A stretch of 24,000 nt of DNA from Candidatus Velamenicoccus archaeovorus (GCF_004102945.1 NZ_CP019384.1:393403-417402), one strand, 5' to 3'. Positions 7,475 to 15,782 are shown, counted from the first letter of the stretch. The notes: generated from the letters alone by a model not told the origin. Translations and numbers: made by a program.

Positions 7475-7694
7475 CCCCGCCTGTGTTATCCGCCTTCGCG
7501 CAAAAAACCGCAGGTATAAACTCGTGATTGCGACTGGCAGGAGTCGGCGAGGTCAGGAAATGCGAGCCATCAGCGCTACGGCGAGATGTCGCCATATACG
7601 GTGAAGGTGGACCTCGCCGACGCGAAGCGGCGGCGGGTTTTCAAAGAACCGCAGCTCGTCCGCTGAAAGGGGGAGGGAGCTCCATAATAACGTC

Positions 7695-8663
7695 ATGATT
7701 TTCCATTCATTTTTCACGACGTGCCAGGCGATCCTGGAATTGGTGATCCTCGGCGCTGTCGGTTTTTTTCTGATCCGCGGAAAGATCGTCAGCGAAGAAG
7801 GCCTGAACACCTTGAGCGAACTGGTGATCGGCCTGTTTTTGCCGCTTTTGATGTTCAGTGAGATCGCCGCGCGTTTTAGCTTCAGGCAGTTTTCGGACTG
7901 GTGGGTCTTCCCGCTTTTGAGCGTTCTGATGACGGCTGTCGGCTACCTTTTGGGTCTGCTCTTGGTGGGTCTGGACCGTTCTCTCATTCAGCAGGAAGGG
8001 CCTTTTTTGGGTATCGCGATGTTCCAGAACTCGGGATATCTTCCTTTGCCGTTGGTTGCCAGCCTGCTTGCGCCCGGCGCCGTATCGGACATGTTCATTT
8101 ACATATTTCTTTTCCTTTTGGGTTTTAACATGACGATCTTTTCGTTCGGCGTCTTTGTCTTGTCCTGCAAAGGCAGGGCCTGCAGTTTTGATTACAAGGA
8201 CATGTTCAATGCGCCCGTGATCGCGACGCTGTTGGCGCTGGCCGCCGTCTTTTTTGGGTGGACGCGCTTCATCCCGCCTTTCGTCTCCAAACCCGTCGAG
8301 ATGATGGGGCGCTGCGCGATCCCTTTGTCGATCATCGTCGTGGGCGGCAATCTGGCCTTGATCCGCATCCGTTCCTTGAAACACGTCCGGCCCCTGGTCC
8401 TGAGCTTGATCGTTAAGCTCCTTTTTGTGCCCCTGGTGTTTCTTGTTTTTGTGCTGCTGGTCAAACCAAAACCCCTCGTCGGTTTGCTGTTGATGCTGCA
8501 GGCCTGCATGCCTCCGGCAGCGCTCTTGTCCGTCATCGCCAAGAATCAAAAACTGGAGGAGGGTTTGATCAACCAGGCTATTTTTTACGGCCATGTGGCA
8601 AGCATTTTTACAATCCCGCTGTTCTTGGGGCTTTACGGTGTTTTTTCAGGTTTTTTCAATTAG
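7695..8663 (+). CDS. AEC (auxin efflux carrier) family transporter
   Basis: About 10 TM helices. AEC-like N-terminus (ILELVILGAVGFFLIRGKIVSEEG) and C-terminal half (MGRCAIPLSIIVVGGNLA, ACMPPAALLSVIA). Confidence 0.85.
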   Translation: MIFHSFFTTCQAILELVILGAVGFFLIRGKIVSEEGLNTLSELVIGLFLPLLMFSEIAARFSFRQFSDWWVFPLLSVLMTAVGYLLGLLLVGLDRSLIQQEGPFLGIAMFQNSGYLPLPLVASLLAPGAVSDMFIYIFLFLLGFNMTIFSFGVFVLSCKGRACSFDYKDMFNAPVIATLLALAAVFFGWTRFIPPFVSKPVEMMGRCAIPLSIIVVGGNLALIRIRSLKHVRPLVLSLIVKLLFVPLVFLVFVLLVKPKPLVGLLLMLQACMPPAALLSVIAKNQKLEEGLINQAIFYGHVASIFTIPLFLGLYGVFSGFFN

Positions 8664-8707
8664 GCGATCCTGCCCTGGAAATTCTTCATCTTGGATGGTA
8701 AAATAAT

Positions 8708-9160
8708 ATGGAAGAAAGGGTTATCGCAACGAACAGGAAGCTCTACCGGGACTTTGAGGTCTTGGAGACCTTTGAGTGCGGTATCGAGCTTAAGGGCAGC
8801 GAAGTTAAGTCGTTGCGTGAAGCCAAGGCCAACATCGATGATGCCTTCGGCCGGATAGAGACGGGTGAGGTCTATCTTTACAACTGCCACATCACTCCGT
8901 ATGAAAAGGCCAGTTATTTCAAGGAAGAGGCGACCCGGCCGCGCAGGCTCCTGTTGCATAAAAACCAGATCCGTAGATTGACGGGCCAGGTATCGCAGCG
9001 CGGTTTTACCCTGGCTCCTTTGAAGCTCTATTTCAACACCAGGGGCCTCGTCAAAGTGGCGATGTCTCTGGTCCGCGGCAAAAAACTTTACGACCGCAGG
9101 GAAGATATCAAGCGCCGCGAGATGGAACGCGACATGCGGCGGGCGGCCAGAAGGAAATAG
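8708..9160 (+). CDS. smpB: SsrA-binding protein SmpB
   Basis: IATNRKLYRDFEVLETFECGIELKGSEVKSLR..., HITPYEKAS, RPRRLLLHKNQI, GFTLAPLKLYF, with a basic C-terminal tail. It is adjacent to the tmRNA. Confidence 0.95.
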   Translation: MEERVIATNRKLYRDFEVLETFECGIELKGSEVKSLREAKANIDDAFGRIETGEVYLYNCHITPYEKASYFKEEATRPRRLLLHKNQIRRLTGQVSQRGFTLAPLKLYFNTRGLVKVAMSLVRGKKLYDRREDIKRREMERDMRRAARRK

Positions 9161-9187
9161 TTGTTCTTTGATATAGAGTAAGAGCTT

Positions 9188-9266
9188 GAACAATAGAAAA
9201 TCGAGAATAGACCGCAATTGAGCCTTTGTTTGTCTATTTTCTAATTTCGATTGCTCAATTGCTCTG
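9188..9266 (-). repeat. 79-nt palindromic repeat element, copy 2 (inverted relative to copy 1)
   Basis: The reverse complement reads CAGAGCAATTGAGCAATCGAAATTAGAAAATAGAC...CAATTGCGGTCTA...TTTTCTATTGTTC. The termini and core are identical to 6181-6259. Confidence 0.75.
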
Positions 9267-9294
9267 TAAATTTTTGTAGAGCAAAAATTTACCT

Positions 9295-9731
9295 GGGGCT
9301 GATTGGGCTCGATTCAGGTATGTCGGGTGATGAGCAGCATGCAGAGGTTGTAAGGAGGCCTCTTTAAACACCTTACACAATACAAACGCTGAAACTGATC
9401 CAACAGTGCTAGCAGCGCTTAATATCGTTAACCCGATATTCAATGCGCCGTTAGTAGGCGTAAGATAAGCCTTAGTCCACTCGCTGGACTAAGCCATGAC
9501 CGGGGCAATTCTGCGTGTTTCGGTGATGACGGGCTTTAGGGCCGCAAGGCCTTAAAGCAGGCAGAATAGTCCTTACCCTGCCGGCGGGATAAGGGCGAAA
9601 TTTAAGCCGGCTGGTCCTGTGAGATCCTGTCTGCCGGAGACCGCAGGGCGAGAATAAATGGCAGGCTAAGCATGTAGCGGCTTTCGCTTCTCTATCTGAG
9701 GACCCGGGTTCGATTCCCGGCAGCTCCACCA
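9295..9731 (+). ncRNA. ssrA: tmRNA (transfer-messenger RNA), one-piece
   Basis: The 5' GGGGCTG pairs with the 3' CAGCTCC-A-CCA, including a G3:U pair. The T-arm is GGGTTCGATTCCCGG. The conserved CTAAGCATGTAG is present near the 3' end. PK1 arms are AGAGG/CCTCT and TGTAAGG/CCTTACA. A putative resume codon, GCT, is at 9388. The gene lies directly downstream of smpB. Confidence 0.95.
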
Positions 9732-9833
9732 ATTTTTTCCTTAACGGAAAAAATTGGTGGCGCAGAAACAGGCGTTGCGAAGCGATAAGCGGAGCAGCCT
9801 GTTTCTGCCTCCACCACCTCGATGTATTTTCTG

Positions 9834-9866
9834 AAACCAAAGCTTTTAACGCTTTGGTTTTTTTAT
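9834..9866 (+). terminator. Rho-independent terminator downstream of ssrA
   Basis: Perfect 10-bp stem AAACCAAAGC / GCTTTGGTTT with a 7-nt loop, followed by TTTTATT. Confidence 0.75.
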
Positions 9867-9909
9867 TGCCCGATTTAGGATATAATAAGCGAAAGACGTA
9901 AAAGAGAGG

Positions 9910-10242
9910 ATGGAGGCGGCTGTGAAAAAATGCCCTTTTTGTGCCGAAGAGATCCAGGATGAGGCGATCAAGTGCAAGCACTGCGGCAGTATGCTGGAAT
10001 CCAGCAGCAGGCTGGTATCTGCAGCGCCTAAGACGCCGTGGTACTTTAAGACATCGGCCCTGGTGATCGCCTTCCTCTGCGTCGGGCCTCTGGCCTTGCC
10101 GCTCTTGTGGTTCAATCCGCGCTTCACCATGAAGAGCAAGATCGTCTGGAGCGTCGTCGTTATCGTGGCGACGTATTATCTCGTCGTCGCCCTTGCGGAC
10201 GCCTTAAAGACCATCGGCCAGTATTATCAGGAGTTGCTCTAG
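9910..10242 (+). CDS. Zinc-ribbon domain membrane protein
   Basis: N-terminal CPFC..x13..CKHC zinc ribbon, then two predicted TM helices. AAAAGAGAGG lies upstream of the ATG. Confidence 0.6.
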   Translation: MEAAVKKCPFCAEEIQDEAIKCKHCGSMLESSSRLVSAAPKTPWYFKTSALVIAFLCVGPLALPLLWFNPRFTMKSKIVWSVVVIVATYYLVVALADALKTIGQYYQELL

Positions 10243-10247
10243 AGCAT

Positions 10248-11354
10248 ATGGACCTTTCCCTTTATATCCATATCCCTTTCTGTAAGTCCAAATGTTTTTA
10301 TTGCTCTTTTGCTTCGTATCCGGGCCAGGAAGATATGATCGACGCCTACCTGGATATGCTGGAGCAGGAGGCGGCAAGCTATGACAGGCCTCCATGCTCG
10401 ACCGTCTACATCGGCGGCGGGACTCCGACGTATTTATCCGCGATGCAGCTTGAGAGGGTACTGGGGATCGTCCGGGACTATTTTTCGAGGGATGAGGGTT
10501 CTGAGTTCACCGTCGAGGCGAATCCGGCGACCTTCGACCGCGCCAAGGCAAAACTTCTCTTGCATTCGGGGGTCAACCGTGTGAGTCTCGGCGTTCAGTC
10601 CCTACATGACGATACCCTGCGATGGCTGGGGCGTCCGCATACGGCGGCAGAGGCGCTTGAAAGCTATCAGCTGTTGCGCGACGCGGGTTTTAAGAACATC
10701 AACCTTGATTTTATCTACGCGCTTCCCCATGAGACACAGGATCAAGTCAAGGCCGACCTTGAAGCGATCGAGGCCCTGGGCAGCGAACATATTTCCCTCT
10801 ATGCCTTGTCTATCGAGGAAGGGACTGATCTGTCGCATCGCCAGATCCAGCCGCTTGAGCCTGATCGGCAGGCTGACGATTACCGCATGGTCGTGTTATT
10901 TTTGAAGGCGTGCGGATATGCCCAGTACGAAGTGAGCAATTTTGCCAGAGCGGGATATCTCTGCGAGCATAACATGCACTATTGGCGCGGCGGGGATTAT
11001 ATCGGGCTGGGGGCGTCTGCCCACTCTCATATCCTGGGCCACCGTTTCTGGAATGCCGCAGCAGTCTCAGAATACGTTTCCCTTATGAAAACGAAGGGCC
11101 TTGCGCGCGCGGGAGAGGAACGCTTGACGCCTCAACAGCGTTTGTGTGAGACTTTCCTTATCGGTTTGAGGATGTGCGAAGGCGTCTGGCTTGAAGGCCT
11201 GGAACAGAAATTCGGCGTGATGCTGGAGGAGCGCCAGAAGGCCCTCGTCCGGCAGTTCATCGAGGAGGGGCTCTTGGAAGAATACGCAGGCGTGGTGCGC
11301 ACCACACTTCAGGGAATGCTGGTTTTAGATGAGATGTGTGCGCAGTTGTGCTAG
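10248..11354 (+). CDS. hemW: Radical SAM heme chaperone HemW (coproporphyrinogen III oxidase-like)
   Basis: LYIHIPFCKSKCFYCSF carries the C-x3-C-x2-C motif. Also YIGGGTPT, RVSLGVQS and a HemN_C-like C-terminus. I moved the start to ATG 10248 because the listed start at 10107 overlaps the upstream gene in another frame. Confidence 0.9.
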   Translation: MDLSLYIHIPFCKSKCFYCSFASYPGQEDMIDAYLDMLEQEAASYDRPPCSTVYIGGGTPTYLSAMQLERVLGIVRDYFSRDEGSEFTVEANPATFDRAKAKLLLHSGVNRVSLGVQSLHDDTLRWLGRPHTAAEALESYQLLRDAGFKNINLDFIYALPHETQDQVKADLEAIEALGSEHISLYALSIEEGTDLSHRQIQPLEPDRQADDYRMVVLFLKACGYAQYEVSNFARAGYLCEHNMHYWRGGDYIGLGASAHSHILGHRFWNAAAVSEYVSLMKTKGLARAGEERLTPQQRLCETFLIGLRMCEGVWLEGLEQKFGVMLEERQKALVRQFIEEGLLEEYAGVVRTTLQGMLVLDEMCAQLC

Positions 11355-11389
11355 TTTTTTTGCCGCGAGCGGGTATGTCCAAAAAGGTT

Positions 11390-11418
11390 TAGAATTTTTT
11401 CTGTCCTGCGGATATAAT
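11390..11418 (+). promoter_or_regulatory. Sigma70-type promoter TTAGAA-N17-TATAAT
   Basis: TTAGAA at 11390-11395 and TATAAT at 11413-11418, about 40 nt upstream of ATG 11459. Confidence 0.4.
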
Positions 11419-11458
11419 AAATGAGTCGATAGAGCACAGAGAACAGATGGGGTGAGGC

Positions 11459-11944
11459 ATGAAGAAAAAGAGGCAAGCGATAAGTGAGATCATTTCATTA
11501 TTGAGACCCAGGAGGGTTGGTTTTTTTGTTTTTCTGTTTTCCGCGCTCTGTTTGGTGTTCTCTATGGCAAGCGGCTGTGCCAAGTGCATGCTCATGCGTT
11601 CGGAATATTATGACATGACGGGCCAGGTTTTTGCGCCAAAGGCCGCCGATGCCGAAATCCCCATCTACGAGGCCGGTCAGCAAATCGATCGTCCTTACAC
11701 GGAGATCGGTGTCGTAAAGGTCGTTGCCCAGCCGAAGACCGGCCGCCAGGAGATCGATGAGGAATTAAGGAAGCGGGCGCGGCTGGCCGGGGCGGATGCT
11801 CTGATCGATATGAATTTTCAGGAGGACAAGGAAAACAAGGCCTGGTTTTGCGGCCGTTTGATGTCGACGCGGCATAATGCCGCCGCCGCCGCCAGGGCCG
11901 TCATATTCACGGATGCGGACAGCCATGGCCCAACAACCCCCTAA
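11459..11944 (+). CDS. Putative lipoprotein, unknown function
   Basis: N-terminal hydrophobic segment ending in ...FSMASG/C. Mature region: YTEIGVVKVVA..., EELRKRARLAGADALIDMNF. It overlaps the next gene by 20 nt. Confidence 0.5.
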   Translation: MKKKRQAISEIISLLRPRRVGFFVFLFSALCLVFSMASGCAKCMLMRSEYYDMTGQVFAPKAADAEIPIYEAGQQIDRPYTEIGVVKVVAQPKTGRQEIDEELRKRARLAGADALIDMNFQEDKENKAWFCGRLMSTRHNAAAAARAVIFTDADSHGPTTP

Positions 11945-12347
11945 GTATATTTTGCTCGTCGATGACGAGAAAGATTTTATCGAGCCCATTTCTTTCTGGC
12001 TGCATTCCAAGGGGTATGATGTGGCTATGGCGCTGGACGGCCGTCAGGCCCTGGAGGCCATAGCTGCACGCCGGCCAGATATCGTTTTTATGGATATCAA
12101 TATGCCGGGCCAGACCGGCCTGGAGACTTTGAGGGCTATCCGTCAGACCGATCAGGACCTGCCGGTCATTCTTCTGACATCGGCCTACGGGGACGAAGGC
12201 AAGATCGTTGCGGCCCGATCTCTCGGTGTTTCCGGGTTCTTCGCCAAAAACTATACGTTTGAACAGTTGATGCAGGTCTTGCAGGTAACGCTCAATGCCC
12301 ATCGCGGGCTTTCTTCGGGATCCTTGCCGGCGGATGAAAAGCCGTGA
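11925..12347 (+). CDS. Single-domain response regulator (CheY-like receiver)
   Basis: ILLVDDE, phospho-acceptor context IVFMDINMPGQTG, LLTS, and GFFAKN. There is no output domain. The start is taken at ATG 11925. Confidence 0.85.
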   Translation: MAQQPPKYILLVDDEKDFIEPISFWLHSKGYDVAMALDGRQALEAIAARRPDIVFMDINMPGQTGLETLRAIRQTDQDLPVILLTSAYGDEGKIVAARSLGVSGFFAKNYTFEQLMQVLQVTLNAHRGLSSGSLPADEKP

Positions 12348-12492
12348 AACTCCGCCGACGCGCCTGCTTTGCAGACAGTCAGTGCTTTTTCTTCGTGTGA
12401 TATAAAACGAAACGCGGCACCGAATGCTTCGGAGGTTTTGGCTTCCCATCGCCGCATAGCGGCCGGGATTCGCGGGGACGAGGAGGCGGGGG

Positions 12493-13179
12493 ATGGCGGG
12501 TATGCACGGGGCAAGGGCGGATGAGGTCATCAAGCGTCTGAAGAAAAAATATCCCTCTGCCCGCATAGCCCTGCATTCCCGTAATCCTTTGGAGCTTTTG
12601 GTGGCGACCATCCTGTCTGCGCAGTGCACGGATGCGCGCGTGAATCTTGTGACAGAAGGCCTTTTTGAGAAATACAGGACGGCGCAGGATTACGCAGAGG
12701 CCGAACCGGCGACATTGGAGCAGGAGGTCCGCTCGGCGGGGTTTTACCGTCATAAGGCCAAGAATATCATCTCTGCGGCCAAGAAGATCGTTGCCGACTT
12801 TCATGGGGAGGTGCCGCGGACGATGCCGGAGCTCTTGACGCTCCCAGGCGTGGCGCGCAAGACCGCCAACGTCGTCCTCTACAGCGCGTTCGGCAAAAAC
12901 GAGGGGATCGCCGTAGATACGCATGTGATGCGAACGAGCCGGCGGCTGGGGCTCACGGAACACGATGATCCTGTCAGGATTGAAGAGGACCTGATGCGCC
13001 GGGTGCCGCGGCGCGAGTGGGGGGATTTCAGCCTGCGCCTGATCCTGCATGGCCGCCAGACATGTATGGCGAGGGCGCCGAAGTGTCCGGTATGCATTTT
13101 GGCTTCGGTCTGTCCGTCTAAAAAAATATTCTTTCCGGGAAGTTCAGCCTTATTGAAGGAGACGCATGGAACGCCGTAA
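12493..13179 (+). CDS. nth: Endonuclease III (DNA glycosylase/AP lyase)
   Basis: HhH motif LLTLPGVARKTANVVL, GIAVDTHV, and a C-terminal 4Fe-4S loop C-x6-C-x2-C-x5-C (CMARAPKCPVCILASVC). Confidence 0.9.
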   Translation: MAGMHGARADEVIKRLKKKYPSARIALHSRNPLELLVATILSAQCTDARVNLVTEGLFEKYRTAQDYAEAEPATLEQEVRSAGFYRHKAKNIISAAKKIVADFHGEVPRTMPELLTLPGVARKTANVVLYSAFGKNEGIAVDTHVMRTSRRLGLTEHDDPVRIEEDLMRRVPRREWGDFSLRLILHGRQTCMARAPKCPVCILASVCPSKKIFFPGSSALLKETHGTP

Positions 13180-13684
13180 AAAAGTTTACGAGCCGATCAC
13201 GCCGCAAGAGAAGGAAAACCTGCTGCATGATTATCTGCCGTTCCTTTCCAGGGGGAAATTCGTCAATGTGGCCACCTGCAATGAGGAGCGCATGCCTAAT
13301 GTGGCGCCCAAGCTGATCGCGAAAGTCGACAATAATCTGGTCTATCTTGTCGATTACGTCATGGGATCGACCTACGCGAATCTCAAGACCAATCCACGCG
13401 TTTCCCTCTCTTTCGTCGACGAGAGGACGTTGACGGGTTACCAGTTGAACGGCGCCGTCATTGTGATCGCCTCCGGGGAAGAATTCGACAGGCTTTCCGA
13501 GGAGTTCCAGCAGATCAAGACGAATTTCACGGTCGAGCGCATTTTGTTTAATGTCAGGACAGGAGGAAAGGCCTCGCCTGTGGACCTTACGCTGCCGGAA
13601 AAATTCGTTATCCTGAAGGTGAAGGTTTTTGAAATCGTTGAGATCAGTTCTACCGGCGGCCTGAAATCCAAGTTTGCCCTTTGA
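13166..13684 (+). CDS. Pyridoxamine 5'-phosphate oxidase-like FMN-binding split-barrel protein
   Basis: FVNVATCNEERMPNVAPK..., LVYLVDYVMGSTYANLKTNPRVSLSF. The size (~170 aa) is typical. It overlaps nth by 14 nt. Confidence 0.7.
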   Translation: MERRKKVYEPITPQEKENLLHDYLPFLSRGKFVNVATCNEERMPNVAPKLIAKVDNNLVYLVDYVMGSTYANLKTNPRVSLSFVDERTLTGYQLNGAVIVIASGEEFDRLSEEFQQIKTNFTVERILFNVRTGGKASPVDLTLPEKFVILKVKVFEIVEISSTGGLKSKFAL

Positions 13685-13695
13685 TCCGTTTCCAT

Positions 13696-14307
13696 ATGCC
13701 CTTGAGGAACATGCATACACCGGTCAGGACGGCCTTCTGGCGGATAACTCTTTTTTCACTCTTGTCCCTGTCGTTCTTCTCTTCCCGCGGCATGTGCGAT
13801 TTGTCCCCTGAACCGCTGCGCCGGGCACCGGAAATCAAGGGATCCACCTGGTTCAATGTCGATCAATATCCCCATATCAGCCTTAAATCCCTGAGGGGAA
13901 ACGTCATTCTTTTGATCTTCTGGGACAGCCAAGACTTGGTTTCGGCAGAGGTGATGCAAAAGATCAATGCCCTGCGCGACCGCTATAAAGACCGGGGGCT
14001 GGAGGTGATCGGCGTCCATGATTCGGGATGGGGGCTGAATGTGTCCGAGGCCATGGTTTTAAACAAGATCCGGGAGCTCGACATCAGATTTCCCGTTGTT
14101 ATGGATTCGGAGGGGACGATGCGGGTGGCCTATGATTATCTTGGCGGGGAAAGCCTGTTTCTGATCGACCGCAAGGGGTACATCCGGGGGCAATTCATCG
14201 TCGGGCTTCCATGGAAAGACATTGAGCTGATGCTCCAGATGCTTCTGGAAGAGGGACACTCCAGGCAATGGGAATTGTATGAGAAAAAGAAAGTCAAGGG
14301 TGTTTGA
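13696..14307 (+). CDS. Secreted thioredoxin-fold (TlpA/redoxin-like) protein lacking the CXXC motif
   Basis: Signal-like N-terminus. GNVILLIFWDSQDLVSAEV...YKDRGLEVIGVHD aligns to the ..FWATWCxPCxxE..GxxVxGV pattern, but D and S replace the two Cys residues. The start could be 13681, 13696 or 13711. Confidence 0.6.
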   Translation: MPLRNMHTPVRTAFWRITLFSLLSLSFFSSRGMCDLSPEPLRRAPEIKGSTWFNVDQYPHISLKSLRGNVILLIFWDSQDLVSAEVMQKINALRDRYKDRGLEVIGVHDSGWGLNVSEAMVLNKIRELDIRFPVVMDSEGTMRVAYDYLGGESLFLIDRKGYIRGQFIVGLPWKDIELMLQMLLEEGHSRQWELYEKKKVKGV

Positions 14308-14310
14308 GAG

Positions 14311-15756
14311 ATGAAAAAAAACAAGTGTGTTTGGCCGCAGGTAAGGCTGAAATTTCTCGGCGGCGTCAGGACAGTAACAGGATCCAGCCATTTGTTGACG
14401 ACGCCGAAATCGCAGGTTTTGATCGATGCCGGATTATTCTACGGCCACCGCGATGAGTTCTACAAGGTCAATACGACGTTTTCCTGCCATCTCTCGAAGG
14501 TGAGTGCCGTCGCGCTGTCCCATGCGCACATCGACCATTGCGGCAATATCCCGACGTTATTGAAACACGGATTGCGTTCGAAGATCTACACGACGTCGGC
14601 CACGCGAGATCTTTGCAAGCAGATGCTGGCGGACAGCGCCAGGGTCCAGGAAGAAGATTTCAGGTATTTGAGAAAAATAGGCCGTGGGTCAGGAGGCCGC
14701 GGCCCGCGGAACGCCCCGCCGTTCCGCGGCCCCCTCTATACCGAACGCGAAGCCCTCCGGGCGTTGGGAAAATTCCGGCCTTTGCATTACGGCCAGAGGT
14801 TTCAGGTGACCCATGATGTGACGTTGACCTTTTATGACGCCGGCCACATCCTCGGCGCCAGCGTCATTCTGATCGAGGTGCGCATGGGCCGCAAGGCGGT
14901 CCGCCTCGGGTATGCCGTTGACCTGGGCAGAAAAAACCTGCCGATGCTCAATGACCCTACCGTCTTGCGCGACCTGGATTATCTTGTGTTGGAATCGACC
15001 TACGGCGGCAGGATGCACGCCCCCATCTCGGAAGCCAAAGAGAAGCTGCGCGAGACGATCACCAAGACCGTGGCGCGCAAAGGCAAGATCATCATCCCGG
15101 CCTTCGCCCTTGAGCGCACCCAGGAAGTCCTCTATTACATCAGCGAGCTCCTGAAGGAACGGGCGATCCCCGAGATCCCTATCTATGTGGATTCGCCCCT
15201 GGCGACCAGGATCACGGAGGTTTTCCGCAACAACGTCCACTATATGGATCCCAAAGCCAAAAACATGATCCGCAAGGAACACAGCCCCTTTGATTTCGTG
15301 CATCTTCATTATGTGCAGGGGCAGGAGGAGTCCAAGTCCCTCAACAATGACAAGCGTCCGATGATCATCCTGGCCGGTTCCGGCATGTGCGAAGCCGGCC
15401 GCGTCCTGCATCATCTGAAGAACAATATAACGGAATCCCGCAATACGGTCCTTGTTGTTGGGTATATGGCCAAGAACACGCTGGGAAAACGGATCGTGGA
15501 CCGCGAGCGCATGGTCAGGATTTACGGCCTGGAGTATGAATTGAACGCCGAGGTGGTCGTGATCAACGCGCTCTCCGGCCACGCGGACTCCAACGACCTC
15601 CTGCATTATGCCCAGGAGTGCTCTCCTTTCAAAAAAGTCTTTCTTGTGCACGGGGATGAAGAACAGACCAAGAGCCTTTATGACCGGCTTTGCGAATACA
15701 ACCTGAATCCTTATATGCCGCAAAAGGACGAAGAGGTGGTCCTTTATGAAGAATGA
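14311..15756 (+). CDS. MBL-fold beta-CASP family ribonuclease
   Basis: HAHIDHCG (HxHxDH), DAGHILGA, ESTYG, beta-CASP region, LSGHADSNDL, and FLVHGDEE. Confidence 0.85.
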   Translation: MKKNKCVWPQVRLKFLGGVRTVTGSSHLLTTPKSQVLIDAGLFYGHRDEFYKVNTTFSCHLSKVSAVALSHAHIDHCGNIPTLLKHGLRSKIYTTSATRDLCKQMLADSARVQEEDFRYLRKIGRGSGGRGPRNAPPFRGPLYTEREALRALGKFRPLHYGQRFQVTHDVTLTFYDAGHILGASVILIEVRMGRKAVRLGYAVDLGRKNLPMLNDPTVLRDLDYLVLESTYGGRMHAPISEAKEKLRETITKTVARKGKIIIPAFALERTQEVLYYISELLKERAIPEIPIYVDSPLATRITEVFRNNVHYMDPKAKNMIRKEHSPFDFVHLHYVQGQEESKSLNNDKRPMIILAGSGMCEAGRVLHHLKNNITESRNTVLVVGYMAKNTLGKRIVDRERMVRIYGLEYELNAEVVVINALSGHADSNDLLHYAQECSPFKKVFLVHGDEEQTKSLYDRLCEYNLNPYMPQKDEEVVLYEE

Positions 15757-15782
15757 TAGGGGGGTCACCCTGTTAGAGATAT

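Noticed and set aside
7553-7810. An 85-aa minus-strand ORF (or a 47-aa version from the ATG at 7696) in the thermonuclease-AEC spacer.
   Set aside because: It overlaps the well-supported AEC transporter start. I recognise no family for it and there is no SD. It is kept only as a note under the structured-spacer finding.
9724-9816. Duplication of the tmRNA 3' end, CTCCACCA at 9724-9731 and 9809-9816, as a possible att site of an ssrA-integrated island.
   Set aside because: The repeat is only 8 nt. There is no integrase, and the downstream genes (zinc-ribbon protein, hemW, nth and others) are housekeeping, with no compositional break visible by eye.
9472-10139. Minus-strand ORFs 9255-9443, 9472-9981 and 9846-10139.
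   Set aside because: They overlap the tmRNA, its terminator and the zinc-ribbon gene. The tmRNA assignment is far better supported.
10107-10247. N-terminal extensions of the listed ORFs: hemW from 10107, anti-sigma from 16974, response regulator from 11877, PilO-P-like from 1444.
   Set aside because: The extensions overlap upstream genes or repeats in other frames and add Arg/Pro-rich sequence unlike the families. Internal ATGs give family-typical N-termini.
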